NCBI RefSeq assembly: GCF_006345805.1
Contig: NC_043007.1
Span: 64,356,001 to 64,420,000 of the forward strand
DNA length: 64,000 bases
DNA from: Octopus sinensis
Taxonomy: Eukaryota
Direction of reading: 5' to 3'
Shown piece by piece: positions 48,412 through 61,594 of the stretch. Every line of letters begins with the position of its first letter. Within the stretch, counting starts at the first letter, position 1. Position numbers and translations under genes: made by a program. Below the pieces are notes generated by a model. That model did not search any database, was not told the DNA's origin, and worked only from the letters and a program-made list of their open reading frames with translations.

Positions 48412-51400
48412 TCAGTTGATTCACGTCCTGGCCTACCACCTGATGTATGCCCAAAGCTAAGATCTGTAGCATCCTTAAATCGCAACTCTGTGCCACAGGA
48501 AAGTTTTAGCCTCCGCGATGATGGGCAAATCTGGAAATTTGTCAAGTTTGGTGAGTCGTGGATAAGGGATACCAGCTGGACTGAGCAAACTGCACCCACA
48601 ACAACAACTGGCAATACAAAAATCTTGGGAAACTAACCAAGAATAATCAGCCATCCCCTGTATATCATCATCTGAAATCCAGATACAAACTGCTTTCCTT
48701 GAATGCCCGTAGTTTATGCAACAAGGAACATCTTTTTGACTCTTACGTCAAAAGTATCAACCCAGATTTCATCATGGTTACGGAAACATGGGCACATTCT
48801 GCACTCTGTGGTGGAGTTTTCAGCGTAGCCGGCTACAACCTGTTCCACAAAGACCGCATTAATCGCTGTGGAGTAGGTGTGATGGTTTATCTTTGATCAA
48901 ATCTATCGGTAATCCCTTGTGATGATTTCAACCAATCTCAGCAGGAAGTATTTTTCTGCAATATACACATGACCATGTCAACACTTCTGCTTGGAGTTGT
49001 TTACCGCCCACCAAATTATCATCAAGACACACAGCTTTTTGATATCCTCAGAGCTGCTGCCATGAAAACAGCCCCGTATGTTTATATTGTGGGTGACTTC
49101 AATTTCCCTGAGATTGACTGGGAGGCCTTCATTGGCTGCAAAGTGTGGACGATTTCCTTGAACTGGTGCTGAATTCAAATTGGTCCCAAGTCGTAACCTC
49201 CCCCACAAGGGGAAACAACACTTTGGATCTGCTACTTACCGCCTCTCCTGAAACAATCATTAGTGTCACTACTGAAGAACCTTTAGGTGACTCTGATCAT
49301 TCCATGATCATGGCCAACTTGTCTCTGATTGGTTGTAACAAAAACCACAACCATCTTTAAACTGCCCGCTTTGACTGGAATAAAGCAGACTAGAGCTCTT
49401 ATTGTACTGAGCTGCAATGCCCAAACTGGCTCGAATTTTATGCCTCTGGAGATGTGGACACTATACTCCAGAACATTCTGAATTCAATATGGGCGGCATG
49501 TGCAGCATCAGTACCATGCAAGCACAAAAAAACCCACCCAATAGTGCAATTTGGGAGACTGCAGCAGTTCGACTTGCCAGGAAAAGACGCCGTAAGGCTG
49601 AACAGGATTACAAATTGCACAAATCAGAGATCAACAGGAAAAAGCGCAATAGGTCAGCCAACCACCTCAAACAGGTGACAAAAAAGGCAGTGCTTGATTT
49701 TGAACAACATGTTGCAACCAACCCTGACTGCAAAGTGTTCTGGAAGTATGTGCACTCAAAGCAGAGACCTCACTCTCCAGTTGGTCCCCTTCGCAATCCC
49801 CACACAGGACAGATTACTGGCAATCCCAAAGAATGTGCAGAAATCATTGCTGGATGCTATACTGGCATCTTTACTGTTGAAGACCAAAATGTTCCATCTT
49901 CATCACCACTGACACCGGACTCTATATCTACTATGCAATTTACACCAGCAATGCTACAACGCCACCTTAAGAATAAACGCAACTATGCCTCTCCTAGTCT
50001 CGATGGTGTTACATACCTACTTCTCAAATGCAGTGGGTACTTTCTTCTAAGTCAACTTTCTCTATTCTTCCAATTCTGTCTTGACAATGGTGTTACTCCA
50101 GAGCAATGGAAAACTGCCAGTGTTATCCCTCTGTTCAAAAAAGGTGACCGCACATCGCCTGTCAACTATCGCCCGATTAGTCTTACTAGCTGCATCGCTA
50201 AACTGATGGAATCCTGTGTCAGGGAAACCCTCTGGAACTTCTGGAAGTCTCACAGCCTCATCCAGCCGTCACAATTTGGATTTATTCCTAACTCCAGCTG
50301 CTATAATCAACTCATCGAGTTTCTTGAGGACATTACCCAAATCACTGATTGCGAATCCTGGGTGGATGTTGTTTACCTGGACTTTGCTAAGGCTTTTAAC
50401 TCTGTGCCACACAAAAGACTTATGGTGAAACTCTCTGCGTTGGGCGTAAGAGACAAACTCCATAACTGGTTGAAGTCCTTTATTTTCGGCTGAAAAGAGG
50501 TTGTCACAGTTCTAGGACAGCACTCTTCACCCTATGAGATGACATCTGGTGTACCACAGGGATCTGTTCTTGGCCCCCTTTTATTTGCTGCATATGTTAA
50601 TGACATAGATGCCAACTTAAAGAATGTCACAGTGCTGAAATATGCAGATGACATCAAGCTGTACCTCGAAATAAAGAGATCAGATCCTGTACACTATAGA
50701 TCTCTATTGCAATCAGACCTGGACACAATGCAGCAGAGGATCATGGACTGGCAACTCAAGCTGGCTGTGGACTAATGTACCACCATGCATTTTGGGAGGA
50801 GAAACCCAGTGTCCACTTACTCACTCCACAACACTAATCTCAAAAAGTCTTCATGTGAACATGACCTGGGTGTTATTGTCGACAGTGATTTGCGTTGGAC
50901 AAAACACATCGCTAAAATTGCCAAGAAGGCTGAGGGTGTCTTGGCATCACTCACCAAGTCCTTTGTGAGCTGCTCTCCGGCTATCTATCTGTGGCTTTAT
51001 ATAGCTATGGTAAGACCTCACCTGGAATTTGCATCACCAGTCTGGAACCCCTATCTTGCCCAGGATATTAATCGTCTGGAAGCCGTTCAGCGATATGCAA
51101 CCAAAAGAATACCCTCCATCAGGCATTTGCCATATTCTGAACGCCTTACTTCTCTGGGCATGGACACATTGAAACTCCGACGTCTGGCAGCTGACTTGGC
51201 AGACACCCATAAAATTATTAACCATCTTACAAACAATAACTCTGAGCACCTTTTCAAACTCCACCCATCTAACACATGTGGACATATTTACAAAGTCAGA
51301 AAACAGCACAGCTCCCATGACTTTAGGAAACATTTTTTCACGCTGAGAGTTGCTGAAGCATGGAACAAACTGCCGGCATCAGTTGTTAGTTGTCAGAGCA

Positions 51401-51612
51401 CTGCATCCTTCAAAACTTTCATGCGTTCTGAGATTTGCCAACACTACACCTGATTTTCTCCCCTCCATACACACACAAGCATGCATCTGACTCGTACATT
51501 GTTCGCTTTCCAGACATTTGTACATTACTGCATATACTTTATACGCACTTTCTGACAAGTTGTGGTGCACCTGAGCACTGTATACAATAATTTCATTATT
51601 TATTTATTATTT
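48412..51612 (+). mobile_element. CR1-like LINE: end of ORF1 plus a complete but disrupted ORF2 (APE endonuclease and RT)
   Basis: NARSL, VTETW, GVVYRPP, GDFNFP.IDW, TRGNNTLDL, SDH (APE); YRPISLTS, YLDFAKAF, GVPQGSVLGPLLF, YADD (RT); RPHLEFASPVWNPY; (ATT)-rich tail. A few stops and frameshifts. Confidence 0.93.
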
Positions 51613-54600
51613 ATTAACAGAAATTGAAATGATTTTTTAAATTTCAGGTGTCCCTAACTCTAACATGAATAAATCTGTTTCTAAATATTAAGTTTTGTCA
51701 CTAAGCATATACCATCAAAATGCTTACATTTTGATAAAATGTGTAAAGAGTCTGGGGAAAATATCACTCCTCAGGCAGTTTGAGGATATTGAAAAAAATT
51801 CAAAACGAAGAGTCTGTTAATATTTATGAATGTTGGATAAGAGAACAAATGTGAATGTAAAAAAAAAGAAAGGCTTGCTTATTATGAATATGATGAATGC
51901 TGATGATTCAACACAAGTTGTTAATTAATTGAAATTCAGGAGAATTTGGGAGATTAAGAAATTGAAAGGTTAACATTATTCTCTAAGGAAATTGAAAAGA
52001 CTCTTCTTGGAGGGAGTAAACAGGCCTCATCTATAGTGCTTGCGTGAAAAGTTGATGATGATCTCAGAAAATGTGGAAACTATAAAGTAGGTGGAAATGA
52101 AGGAATATATTCAGCTTATGCAACTCTACATACTGAATATTTCATTCCCACTTTGGCTTGAACTATTTTTCTAATGTAGTTTTAATTCTTTATCATTCAT
52201 ATTACTCTGTCAAATATAAGGCTTATTTATTCACATTGTTTTGAATTAATCATGCATTAACTCATAGCTTTAAGATTTCAATAATGTGATAGTTAATTTT
52301 TTAGAATGACATTGTAGGGTAGGTGTGAGAGGCCTGATCTGGTCAGTTTGACCATAAAATAGGTAAAATTTTGGGCTGGATATGGCTAGTTTGAATACTA
52401 AAAGGTTAAAAGAGACAAATATATCAGATATAAAAATGTGTTCTGAAGCATAAGAAGTTCTAACAATAAATATTCTAATGGGTCTTTTAAGAAGGATAGG
52501 TTTTTCCATATGAAATTAAAGTAATTAGTGCTGTTTCTAGAACAGAACAAGCTGGAAATGACACTGATATATAAATTGGTGCTAAAACTGTTGAAAATGT
52601 CTGTTTTATGGTAGATAAGATCATAAAAGATTGGAATTATCAGGAATGATGATCATTTGAGCTAAGTTTGTGTTTAGAGACTGATGAATCATCTTTTTTG
52701 TTATGGACATAGACTGACAAAGATAAGTATATCAAAGGCTCATTTTAAAGAGATAATTATGGTATTCACCATTGGCTATGCTTCTACCCTTGTTTGTCAT
52801 TCATCTCTAACCATTTGCCACTCTTTTTTCACACCCATGAACTTAGCTATTCACTCTAGCCAATCCTCTGTTCCTAATCTCTCACACATTCACCTTCTTG
52901 TACCTTGAGAGTACACCTTGACATCTCATTGACACTATATCTCTCTTTCTAGTTGAGGTAGCCTTGTATCTCCTCTATCACAAGGCACATGTACCAGTCT
53001 CTATATCATACTTTAACCTCTCAACACCAGGCATAAAACCATCTCCCTCCTTATAATAACCTCCATTTACCTTGCGAATTACTTGTTTCCTCATTAGTGT
53101 CAGTACCATAAAAAACACCCAATACACTCTGTAAAATGGTTGGCATTACAAAGAGTATCCAGCTATAGAAACCATACCAAAGCAGATACTAGGGCTAGAC
53201 ACAGTCCCCTGGGTCATTAGATCCAGGTGAAATGTCTAACCCATGCCAGCATGGAAGATAGATGTTAAATGATGATGAATTATAGAGGTAAAACCACCAC
53301 ATGATAGAAACAATTAGAATCTTTTTTTGAAATAGTTAATTTCTATGGGAGATATATTATTTAGAGACCACATGTAGTGCTGATTGCATTACTTCATAAA
53401 ATGTGTTCCGTTTTGAAGGGGAGTCAAATGATAAAAGACATTTGAGGATATAAAACTGATGCATCATATTCAGTGATCCAGATCCATGATATTACAAAAA
53501 TGTTCACTGATGCAAGTAAAAAGGCTATGTCAGTAACATTTTCACAAGACAGCCATCATGTACTAAATTTGTCAGGAAATTAACCACAGCTGGAACAAGA
53601 TACTCAAATATTAAAGACAAACTACAATTTATTGTGTGCTTAAAAAGTAACTTTGGTTGTGTATTTTAAGATGAACCTTACAGATAAAATATATTGTTTA
53701 AAAGATTACATAAAGGGATCTGAGGTAGCAGATGCAAATACATTATCATGATGATGATAATGATGCATATTCAGCAGAATAAAGTTTCTGAATGTGAAGG
53801 ATTATGTGTAACTGCAACTTCACTTGGATAAATTTGGTACGAGGCTGCAATAATCATAAAATCTCTGCATACCAGTGTCTCATTGGTGTTAGCATTTTCC
53901 TGTCCACAAGAATCTCCAGCTTTAAGGATAACTTAACTGTTATCAATTCTTGACATAACATTAATCCTACTTTTGATATGAAAATACTGATCATGGCTGT
54001 TATTACTGTCTATCTCTAGTCCGAGTTGAATTGTTCTCTCTCTTATCCTAACATTTACCTCTTCAGATAAACACATATTTTAAATATTTTACATATATTT
54101 TTTGTTTCATTGAATGAACACATACTTTTCTATTAATACTTATTTCAATGGCTACGTGGTCAGAAAGTGTACTTCACAACCATGTGATTTCAGTTCAGTC
54201 CCACTGTGTGGAACCTTGGGTAATTGAGCAAATGTCTGCTTGTATAGTCCCAAGCCAACCAAAGCCCTGAGCAGATTTGGTAGATGGAAACTGAAAGAAA
54301 CCTGGTATGTATGTGTGTGTGTGTGTGAGTTTGTATTTCCTTTCATTTACATGGTTGCTGGTTGTAAACAATGGCTTTGTTGATGGTGTCATTTGCTTGC
54401 AGCCGATCATGAACGCATGGTCAGGCTATTTGTTGTTTAATAGACTTGGAGAATATGACCTTAACTGAAAACACATTGGGTGGGGGTTACAGGTGTGAGT
54501 TTGCATCAAGAACATCTAGCTATAGAAAACTTTGCCTCAGCATACTCTTGCCTGACCCATGCAAACATGGAAAAGATGTTAAAATGACGAAGATGATAGC

Positions 54601-55948
54601 AACTTGGAAAATGGCTATTATTTTCTTCTCATATTATCAACAATTCCGATATTAATCTCTACAAAATGAAGTTGCAGTGGTGTAAACATTAGGGACAAAA
54701 TGCCTTACAGTATTCAGTTCTGCTTACACACATTCTAAGTTCAAATTATGTCAAGGCCAATTTTACATTTTATCAGGCATGTGCAGGTGTTTGAATCCCC
54801 TGTCCCTGTCATTGACAAATCTGAAGTCTTGTGTCAATATCAGAAATCATTTGTCTACATACATATATGCATATAATATATACATTTAAAAATATATAAA
54901 AATGTTAGTTTCCCAAGCATGACAACTCAGTATATTCTCACAAAAGTATAGACGTTGCTCACAAATTATTTTTATATATCTGTGTAGTAGTAAGCAGACA
55001 TAGATACCTTCTCATTGTTGACACTGTGGAACATTGAGGATGTGACAACTGGAGAGAGAGAGAGAGAGAGCTATACCAGTGCTAATCTGTACTTAATCAG
55101 AGCTGAGTAGACTAGAGCAAAGTGAAATGGAATGTCTTGCTTAAGGACACAATGCAACACTCAGTCCGGTAACTGAATTCACAACCTTATGAACATGAGC
55201 TCCAACATCCTAACAACTCAGCCATGTGCTTTCACATATTTTTGCAACGAAGTGAAAAGAACTATATTGAATAAAATAAAAACAATTTTTTATTTAATAT
55301 ACATTATTATTGTTGTTGTTGTTATTAAAATTAATAACATACATTTTACATACAAGACTGGCATGAAGCAAATTAAAAATTAAACTCAGAAGTCTAAGAA
55401 ACAAGATCTGACAAAAGTCAGTTGGTCAACCTCAGCAACATTCTTTACTTGATAACTGAATTGTTTCATTCTCTCAACTGTTATATTACTAGAAATATTG
55501 ATACCTGTAAGAAAATATGACATTTTGCTGGCAATAAATCCAGAAACTGATATGGTGACAAATAAATCTAAAGAACAGATTTAGTGTCGCAGTCATAATT
55601 TAATATACAAGGAGACAAAATTTAGAAAGCAGCTTTAGTAAGAAAATCTGGATGCTAGCTTTAGTAGGAATGTAACCAATTTTTAAGTAACACATAGGAG
55701 AGTAACGAGCTTTGGGTATGGAAGATAAAAAAATTTGGAAGTTACTTTTACTTAATTTCAGAACGCATGAAACTAAATTCAGAAACGAAGTTGATCAGGA
55801 AGCAATTGACCATATATCTTACTTAGGAACAGCTTTGACATATGAAGTCAATGGATTGATATTTAAGATATTTCATTTTCACTTAGATTATTTTGGTGTT
55901 CTGCAATTTCAAGTTATTGTTGTCATTTCATAAATTCAAGTTAAATCT

Positions 55949-56114
55949 TCAAGTCCATGGCTTTTTTGACCGCCAGTCCAGAAAGTCTTTAAAATCATCT
56001 GTTGAAATGCTATCCTCATCTTCACTTCCATCACCACAGTGATTTTTCTGAGATTTAACTTGCATTATCTTCTCTTTCTGATCTTGTAAATCATTGATTT
56101 GTGACCAGCGATGT
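55949..56114 (-). CDS. ZNF830: ZNF830/CCDC16 terminal coding exon
   Basis: (I)HRWSQINDLQDQKEK...SEDEDSISTDDFKDFLDWRSKKPWT* has an acidic tail plus the DWR motif of the ZNF830 C-terminus. Acceptor ttttcAG; phase 2 matches the upstream exon. Confidence 0.82.
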
Positions 56115-57177
56115 CTGAAAAGAAATGAAAAAAGTGAATTGCAAATACACACAAATTATATATTTACTTTGTAGTGTCTGTCCTGGATCTGTGTGTTGCA
56201 AGTTCAAAACATATTTTCAGTCATGGGAATAGAAAAAAAAAAACAGTGACACTTCTGTCAGGAATTGCAACTGACAAATAGTATCAGCAATGGAAAAACT
56301 ATTGGAAACATTGTATTCTGCCACTACTCTGTGTGTGGGTGTGTGCACACGCATGTGTTTGGACGAGCAAGCATGAGGTACACGTATGTATGTACATCAT
56401 CCTCAACACTATTTAATGGCCATTTTTCCGTTTGGCTTGGTGAGTTAGGGTCTACTAGTTTTATTATAACAATATAATAAGAGATAACTGTTTGGCTACA
56501 AATATGACATAACTGTAGCTGAAATATGCTGTTTTTTCTGATTTTATGTTTGAGTGGCTGATGACATTCATCTAAGAACCAAAGAAAACAAACCAAAAAA
56601 CAAAAAAGCAGTTGTGCTAACAATGCATGTGAAGATATACAAATTTACAGAACTGTAATGCAAGCAATGGAAAATTCATGTAAAAATCATGTTTAGTATA
56701 ACTAAAACAAAATAAAATATATAATTATATTGGGTAGTTCTGTGTTCTACATAAATCTCTTATTATAAAAGGCAGATTTAATCTGCCTCCCTTTGGGAGT
56801 TATACAAATCTACAATATAGGATTTCTTCAATTACAATTTACCTAGCATTTTTAAGAGTACAATGCATCGCGTCATGCCAGGTCCAGTTTTTAAAATTTA
56901 AACTACAATTAAGCAAAATTTACAGAAAACTCACATTCTGGTGTGTGTGTCAAATGCTTTTCTTAGTCTGGTTTACACCACACGCAAACGCACACACACA
57001 GTGGGCAACGAATAAAATGAAAGTAAATAGCGACAGAGTGATTTGAGGAAGACTAAAGTGAAAGTATTCTGTCTATGACGCTGATAGATACATGAGTAAA
57101 ATGTATGGGAAGCTAAGAGCTAAGAGTGACTGAAAATGTTCTTGGAAGAGAGTAATTAGTAATAAAGTAAACATACA

Positions 57178-57186
57178 CTCATACAT

Positions 57187-57221
<35 letters not shown>

Positions 57222-57308
57222 TACACACACACATACATACACACACACATACATACATACATACATATACATACATACATACACACACACACATACACAC
57301 ACACACAG
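57178..57308. repeat. Compound (CATA)n/(CA)n microsatellite
   Basis: Direct reading. Confidence 0.95.
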
Positions 57309-57477
57309 TATTGAAGCTTGAGAACAATCAGATACATTTGCAACACATCTGTTGAAAATATTATTGTTCACACACATACATATACATATATATACATACA
57401 GACAGACAGACAGATAGACACACACACATGATCCAGCATGGCCACAACCTCAAGGCTGAAACATATAAAAGAATAAC

Positions 57478-57845
57478 AGAATATAAATGTGTGCAAAGTA
57501 CAAGAAATATTAATGCAGTATATGGGGATTGGACAATAAGCGTAAGGCAGTGTCAATGGTGGTTCCAGAAATCCCGAGCCATAAACTACAGCCTTGAAGA
57601 CGAACCTCATCCTGAAAGATCTGTAGAACTCGACAAGGACATCCTGAAAACCCTGGTGGAACAAAATATCATCGTAACTGTTGAGGAACTAGCAGAGAAG
57701 CTTGGATTTGGTCATTCAACCATTCATTGACACCTGTGTGCTATCGGAAAAGTCAGCAAATTGGGTCAATGGGTTCCTCACGAACTTTCCAAGTCTAATT
57801 GCATGCAGAGAGTGAATGTATGCTTTTCTTTGCTGTCATATCTCA
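57478..57845 (+). mobile_element. Mariner transposase N-terminal fragment
   Basis: TRNINAVYG...SVRQCQWWFQK...SLEDEPH..R...LAEKLGF..STI and LGQWVPHEL. Confidence 0.85.
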
Positions 57846-60199
57846 CCACTACTGCGCTATGTATATCTATATATATAAAACTGTAGTTGTGTGAGTGTCT
57901 GTCCCCTTCGATTTAGATTCCTAACTACTCCCACATTTTGTGGTACAGTTTAACCAAATTCGGGTAGCTTATAGTCGTGATTCATATCGAGCCCGTCTGA
58001 ATATTAGCGCGCGTCTACGATGAGTCTACGATTTTTAAAACAATTTAACATCATTTTTTATTCCATTTTAATGCATAATTTTTCGTGTGTCGATGGCGGC
58101 GGAGTTGGCGTCCACGCTCACACCTGCACCTGTGGGGAAGGGAGTGTAAGGAAATCAACGTCGTAATGCGTTGTCAAGGAGACCAGTGTTCTTTTAGAAC
58201 AACGACTTCATGGCTTGTAGACACCAAAACAGAAATGGCTAAGAAAGCGTCTACATGAGTCTACGATTTAAAAAAAAATTTACCATCGTTTTTTTTTCCA
58301 TTTTAATGCATTTTTTCGCTATTATATAAGGGAAGTAACTCTCTAAAAATGTCTACGATGAGTCAACGATTTAAAAAAAAATTTACCATCATATTTTTTC
58401 CATTTTTAATGCATTTTTTGCTATTTTTTGGCTATAACTCTCTAAAAATGCTTATATAGTTATTTCCCTTACAAACCCGAGCAACGCCGGGCGATACTGC
58501 TAGTCTCTTATTATAAAAGGCAGATTTTATCTGCCTCCCTTTGGGAGTTATACAAATCTACAATATAGGATTTCTTCAATTACAATTTACCTAGCAGTTT
58601 TAAGAGTACAATGCATCGCGTCATGCCAGGTCCAGTTTTTAAAATTTAAACTCCAATTAAGCAAAATTTACAGAAAACTCACATTCTGGTGTGTGTGTCA
58701 AATGCTTTTCTTAGTCTGGTTTACACCACCTGCAAACGCACACACACAGTGGGCAACGAATAAAATGAAAGTAAATGTAATATTTGTTTCTGTCTATCAC
58801 GCTGATAGATACATGAGTAAAATGTATGGGAAGCTAACAGATAACAGTGAGTGAAAATGTTCTTGGAAGAGAGTAAATTAGCGACAGTGATTTGAGGAAG
58901 ACTAAACTGAAACTATGAAACAGTGTTTATGTATAAACAGACGACACTTATATAAACCCTTTCGTTACCAAACCGCCCGAATTTACCTATTCATATTTAA
59001 ATTAGAATATCTGAGTAAATCTCTTTAGTACATTCGTGAAAACACGTATTATACTTCGTAAACACTTCAAATACAGTTTTGTACAAAAATCGAAGTGTAA
59101 TTTTAATTCCGTGAATTATGGGAGATTTTTTTCCAAAATTTTTTCCTATTGTGTTTTCAAAATTTGTAATTCTGACAAAAAATGGATACGAATTTCATTA
59201 TATCAAGCAGCGAGTCAGAATTCGAAGGATTTTCTACTGAAGACCTTCATAAATCTAACTCTATGATTGAAAAAAAAAAGCATCTTTATATAAGAGTGAA
59301 GTTGTGTGTCTGTCCCCTTCGATTTACATTCGTAATTACTCCCACATTTTGCGGTGCAGTTTAACCAAAAGCGGGTATCTTATAGTCGTGATTCATATCG
59401 AGCCCTTCTGGGTATTAGCGCGCGTCTACGATGAGTCTACAATTTAAAAAAAATTTACCATCATATTTTTCCATTTTAATGCATTTTTTCGCTTTTATAT
59501 AAGGGAAGTAACTCTCTAAAAATATCTACGATGTGTCAACGATTTAAAAAATATTTACCTTAATTTTTTTTCAATTTTTAATGCATTTTTTTTGCTATAA
59601 CTCTCTAAAAATGCTTATATAGTTATTTCCCTTACAACCCGAGCAACGCCGGGCGATACTGCTAGTACATATTAAAAGAAATATAAAAAGATGAATGATG
59701 GTGCTGCTGTATATTTTGAGTTGATAACTAGAGCATGAGATGTCAAATAGCCAAGCAGATAAGCTAGTGGATTATCGGTTCAAAGATCATCTGTTTCTGG
59801 GCCAGACACTTTATTCTACATTTGCTTTATTTTAACTTCCAGCTCTATGTTTTTATCTCAGAAATGCGTTAGGAAAATACACAAACATTACATAATCTCA
59901 TTTAGATAGTCAAGTGCAAAATAAAGGCAATATTATTATGTGTCATAAACCAGTTCAAAGAAGGCTAATATTTAAACTTTATTCTGCTCACCATTTAATC
60001 CATTAATCATGGCTGTCCAACGATTAAGACACATTGTTCTATATTAGGTAAAGACAGTATCAATCTATCAATGTCATTTGGCACTATGCAACATTTTCAT
60101 ACTCAATACAAAATAACATATCTATATCTTTATCTATTATTTACTATTGTAGATAGGAATTAATGATAGGATATAATAATTCATAACTGTCTTCCCTGC

Positions 60200-60830
60200 T
60201 GAATGAAAAGTTAGTCACAGTGCATCCAAAACATATAGTACTTTAGTTGAAAAGGTATCTTGATAATTCATCCCGATCTCAACTTCTTCATCTCTTTTGT
60301 CCTTGAACAGTTGGCATTTTGATACCTGTATTATTCTTGTTCAAGTACTCTTCGTCAGTTGCTAATCTGCTCATGTTTTCATATGCTGGAATGAGAGCTC
60401 TGTTTCTTTGTTGATGCATTACTTCTATTGGTGTACCGTCAGGGTCAGTTCCTTTTGATTTATTATTTGTGGATCTTATTGTTCTGTATCAAACTCTGTT
60501 TGTCTAGTTAGCCTTGGTTGTGTTTGTGTGTTATCTTTGCTTCCTTGATTGAAAGATTGCCCTGCTGGAGCGAGATTGTGTGTTGACACTGTATCGTTTC
60601 CTCCATTACCAGAATGTATGTGTGCAAAGTGGGGAATAATCCTCTCCAACAATTTAATATTTTCTACAAGTGGATCCCCCTTATTTCTGAGATGTCAACA
60701 ATGTAATATTGTGCTTCCGGTATTCTGGAGGAATTCAGGTAGAATGGTCATTGCAAATGGTACAACTTGATATGTTTCCCCATAATGCAACATTGTCACT
60801 GATGAATGCTCAGTAGCGATGATCTTTGAT
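60200..60830 (-). mobile_element. Gypsy-like integrase C-terminal remnant
   Basis: HLRNKGDPLVENIKLLE and, after a frameshift, PHFAHIHSGNG..DTVSTHNLAP. Confidence 0.6.
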
Positions 60831-60869
60831 AAGCAAAGGACATCAAAAATAAAAAAATTAAAAACTTAT

Positions 60870-61195
60870 ACACTGGCACTTGGACCTCTTGGACATAAAT
60901 TACACAATCTCCTATAGACCAGGAACTCAAAACAAAGCAGTAGACACACTATCAAGATGTGCAGCAACAAGAGTCACTACAACACTAGTAATTCTTCAGA
61001 AACAACTGTGCCGCCCAGGAGTGACATGCCTACTTCACTACTGTAAAGTACGAAACCTGCCGTTCTCCCTCAATGAAATCTGTGAAATGACACTGGCTTG
61101 CTCTACATGCAATAAACTCAAACTCCGCTTCCACAAACCACTTATGGGTCAATTAATACAGGCATTGAGACCTTGGGAGCGCCTCTCCATCAACT
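60870..61195 (+). mobile_element. Gypsy-like RNase H end / integrase zinc-finger remnant
   Basis: YTISYRPGTQNKAVDTLSR ... CSTC ... RPWERLSIN. Confidence 0.8.
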
Positions 61196-61351
61196 TATTA
61201 ATTTATTATTTAGTGATCACGAAATTACAAGTGTGAGATATTTTTAATATTTTATGTGTTTCATAATGGCATGAAAACATATAAAGAAAAACACATATAG
61301 GAAAAATGGAGTTGAGTGTAAGCAGAAATATAGAAGTAGGATATTACTCAC

Positions 61352-61428
61352 ATTTGTTCATCAATTTCATCAATATTTCTATCTACATTAGCTTGTTCAT
61401 CATCATCTTCAATTATAGCTTCAGATAC
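61352..61428 (-). CDS. ZNF830: ZNF830/CCDC16 penultimate coding exon
   Basis: VSEAIIEDDDEQANVDRNIDEIDEQ resembles the conserved VSEAI..E.DEE...DR.I.EIDEQ block. Acceptor tcaacAG; donor GTGAGT; 77 nt. Confidence 0.85.
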
Positions 61429-61594
61429 CTGTTGAAATAGATTCAATAACTTCAAGTTATATATGAATACAGCTGGTGTTATAAAAAAGCTAAAAATAAA
61501 AAGAAGTTGATTATACGAAGTTTCTATGTACTTTTCCATAGTTTATCCAGTGTTGTTTATCACTTACTGTTGCAACTTCTTTCCACCTCCTTCT

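Larger units (their letters stand above)
56756..59665 (+). mobile_element. Two non-autonomous Helitron-like units in head-to-tail tandem (56756-58503 and 58504-59665)
   Basis: Both start TCTCTTATTATAAAAGGCAG and end CCCGAGCAACGCCGGG (hairpin) followed by CGATACTGCTAG. The outer flanks are A and T. Confidence 0.78.

Noticed and set aside
57073-57425. C/V/M/Y-rich ORFs here, and similar ones at 1473-1761, 16798-17316 and 41252-41461
   Set aside because: They are translations of microsatellite or purine-rich low-complexity DNA.
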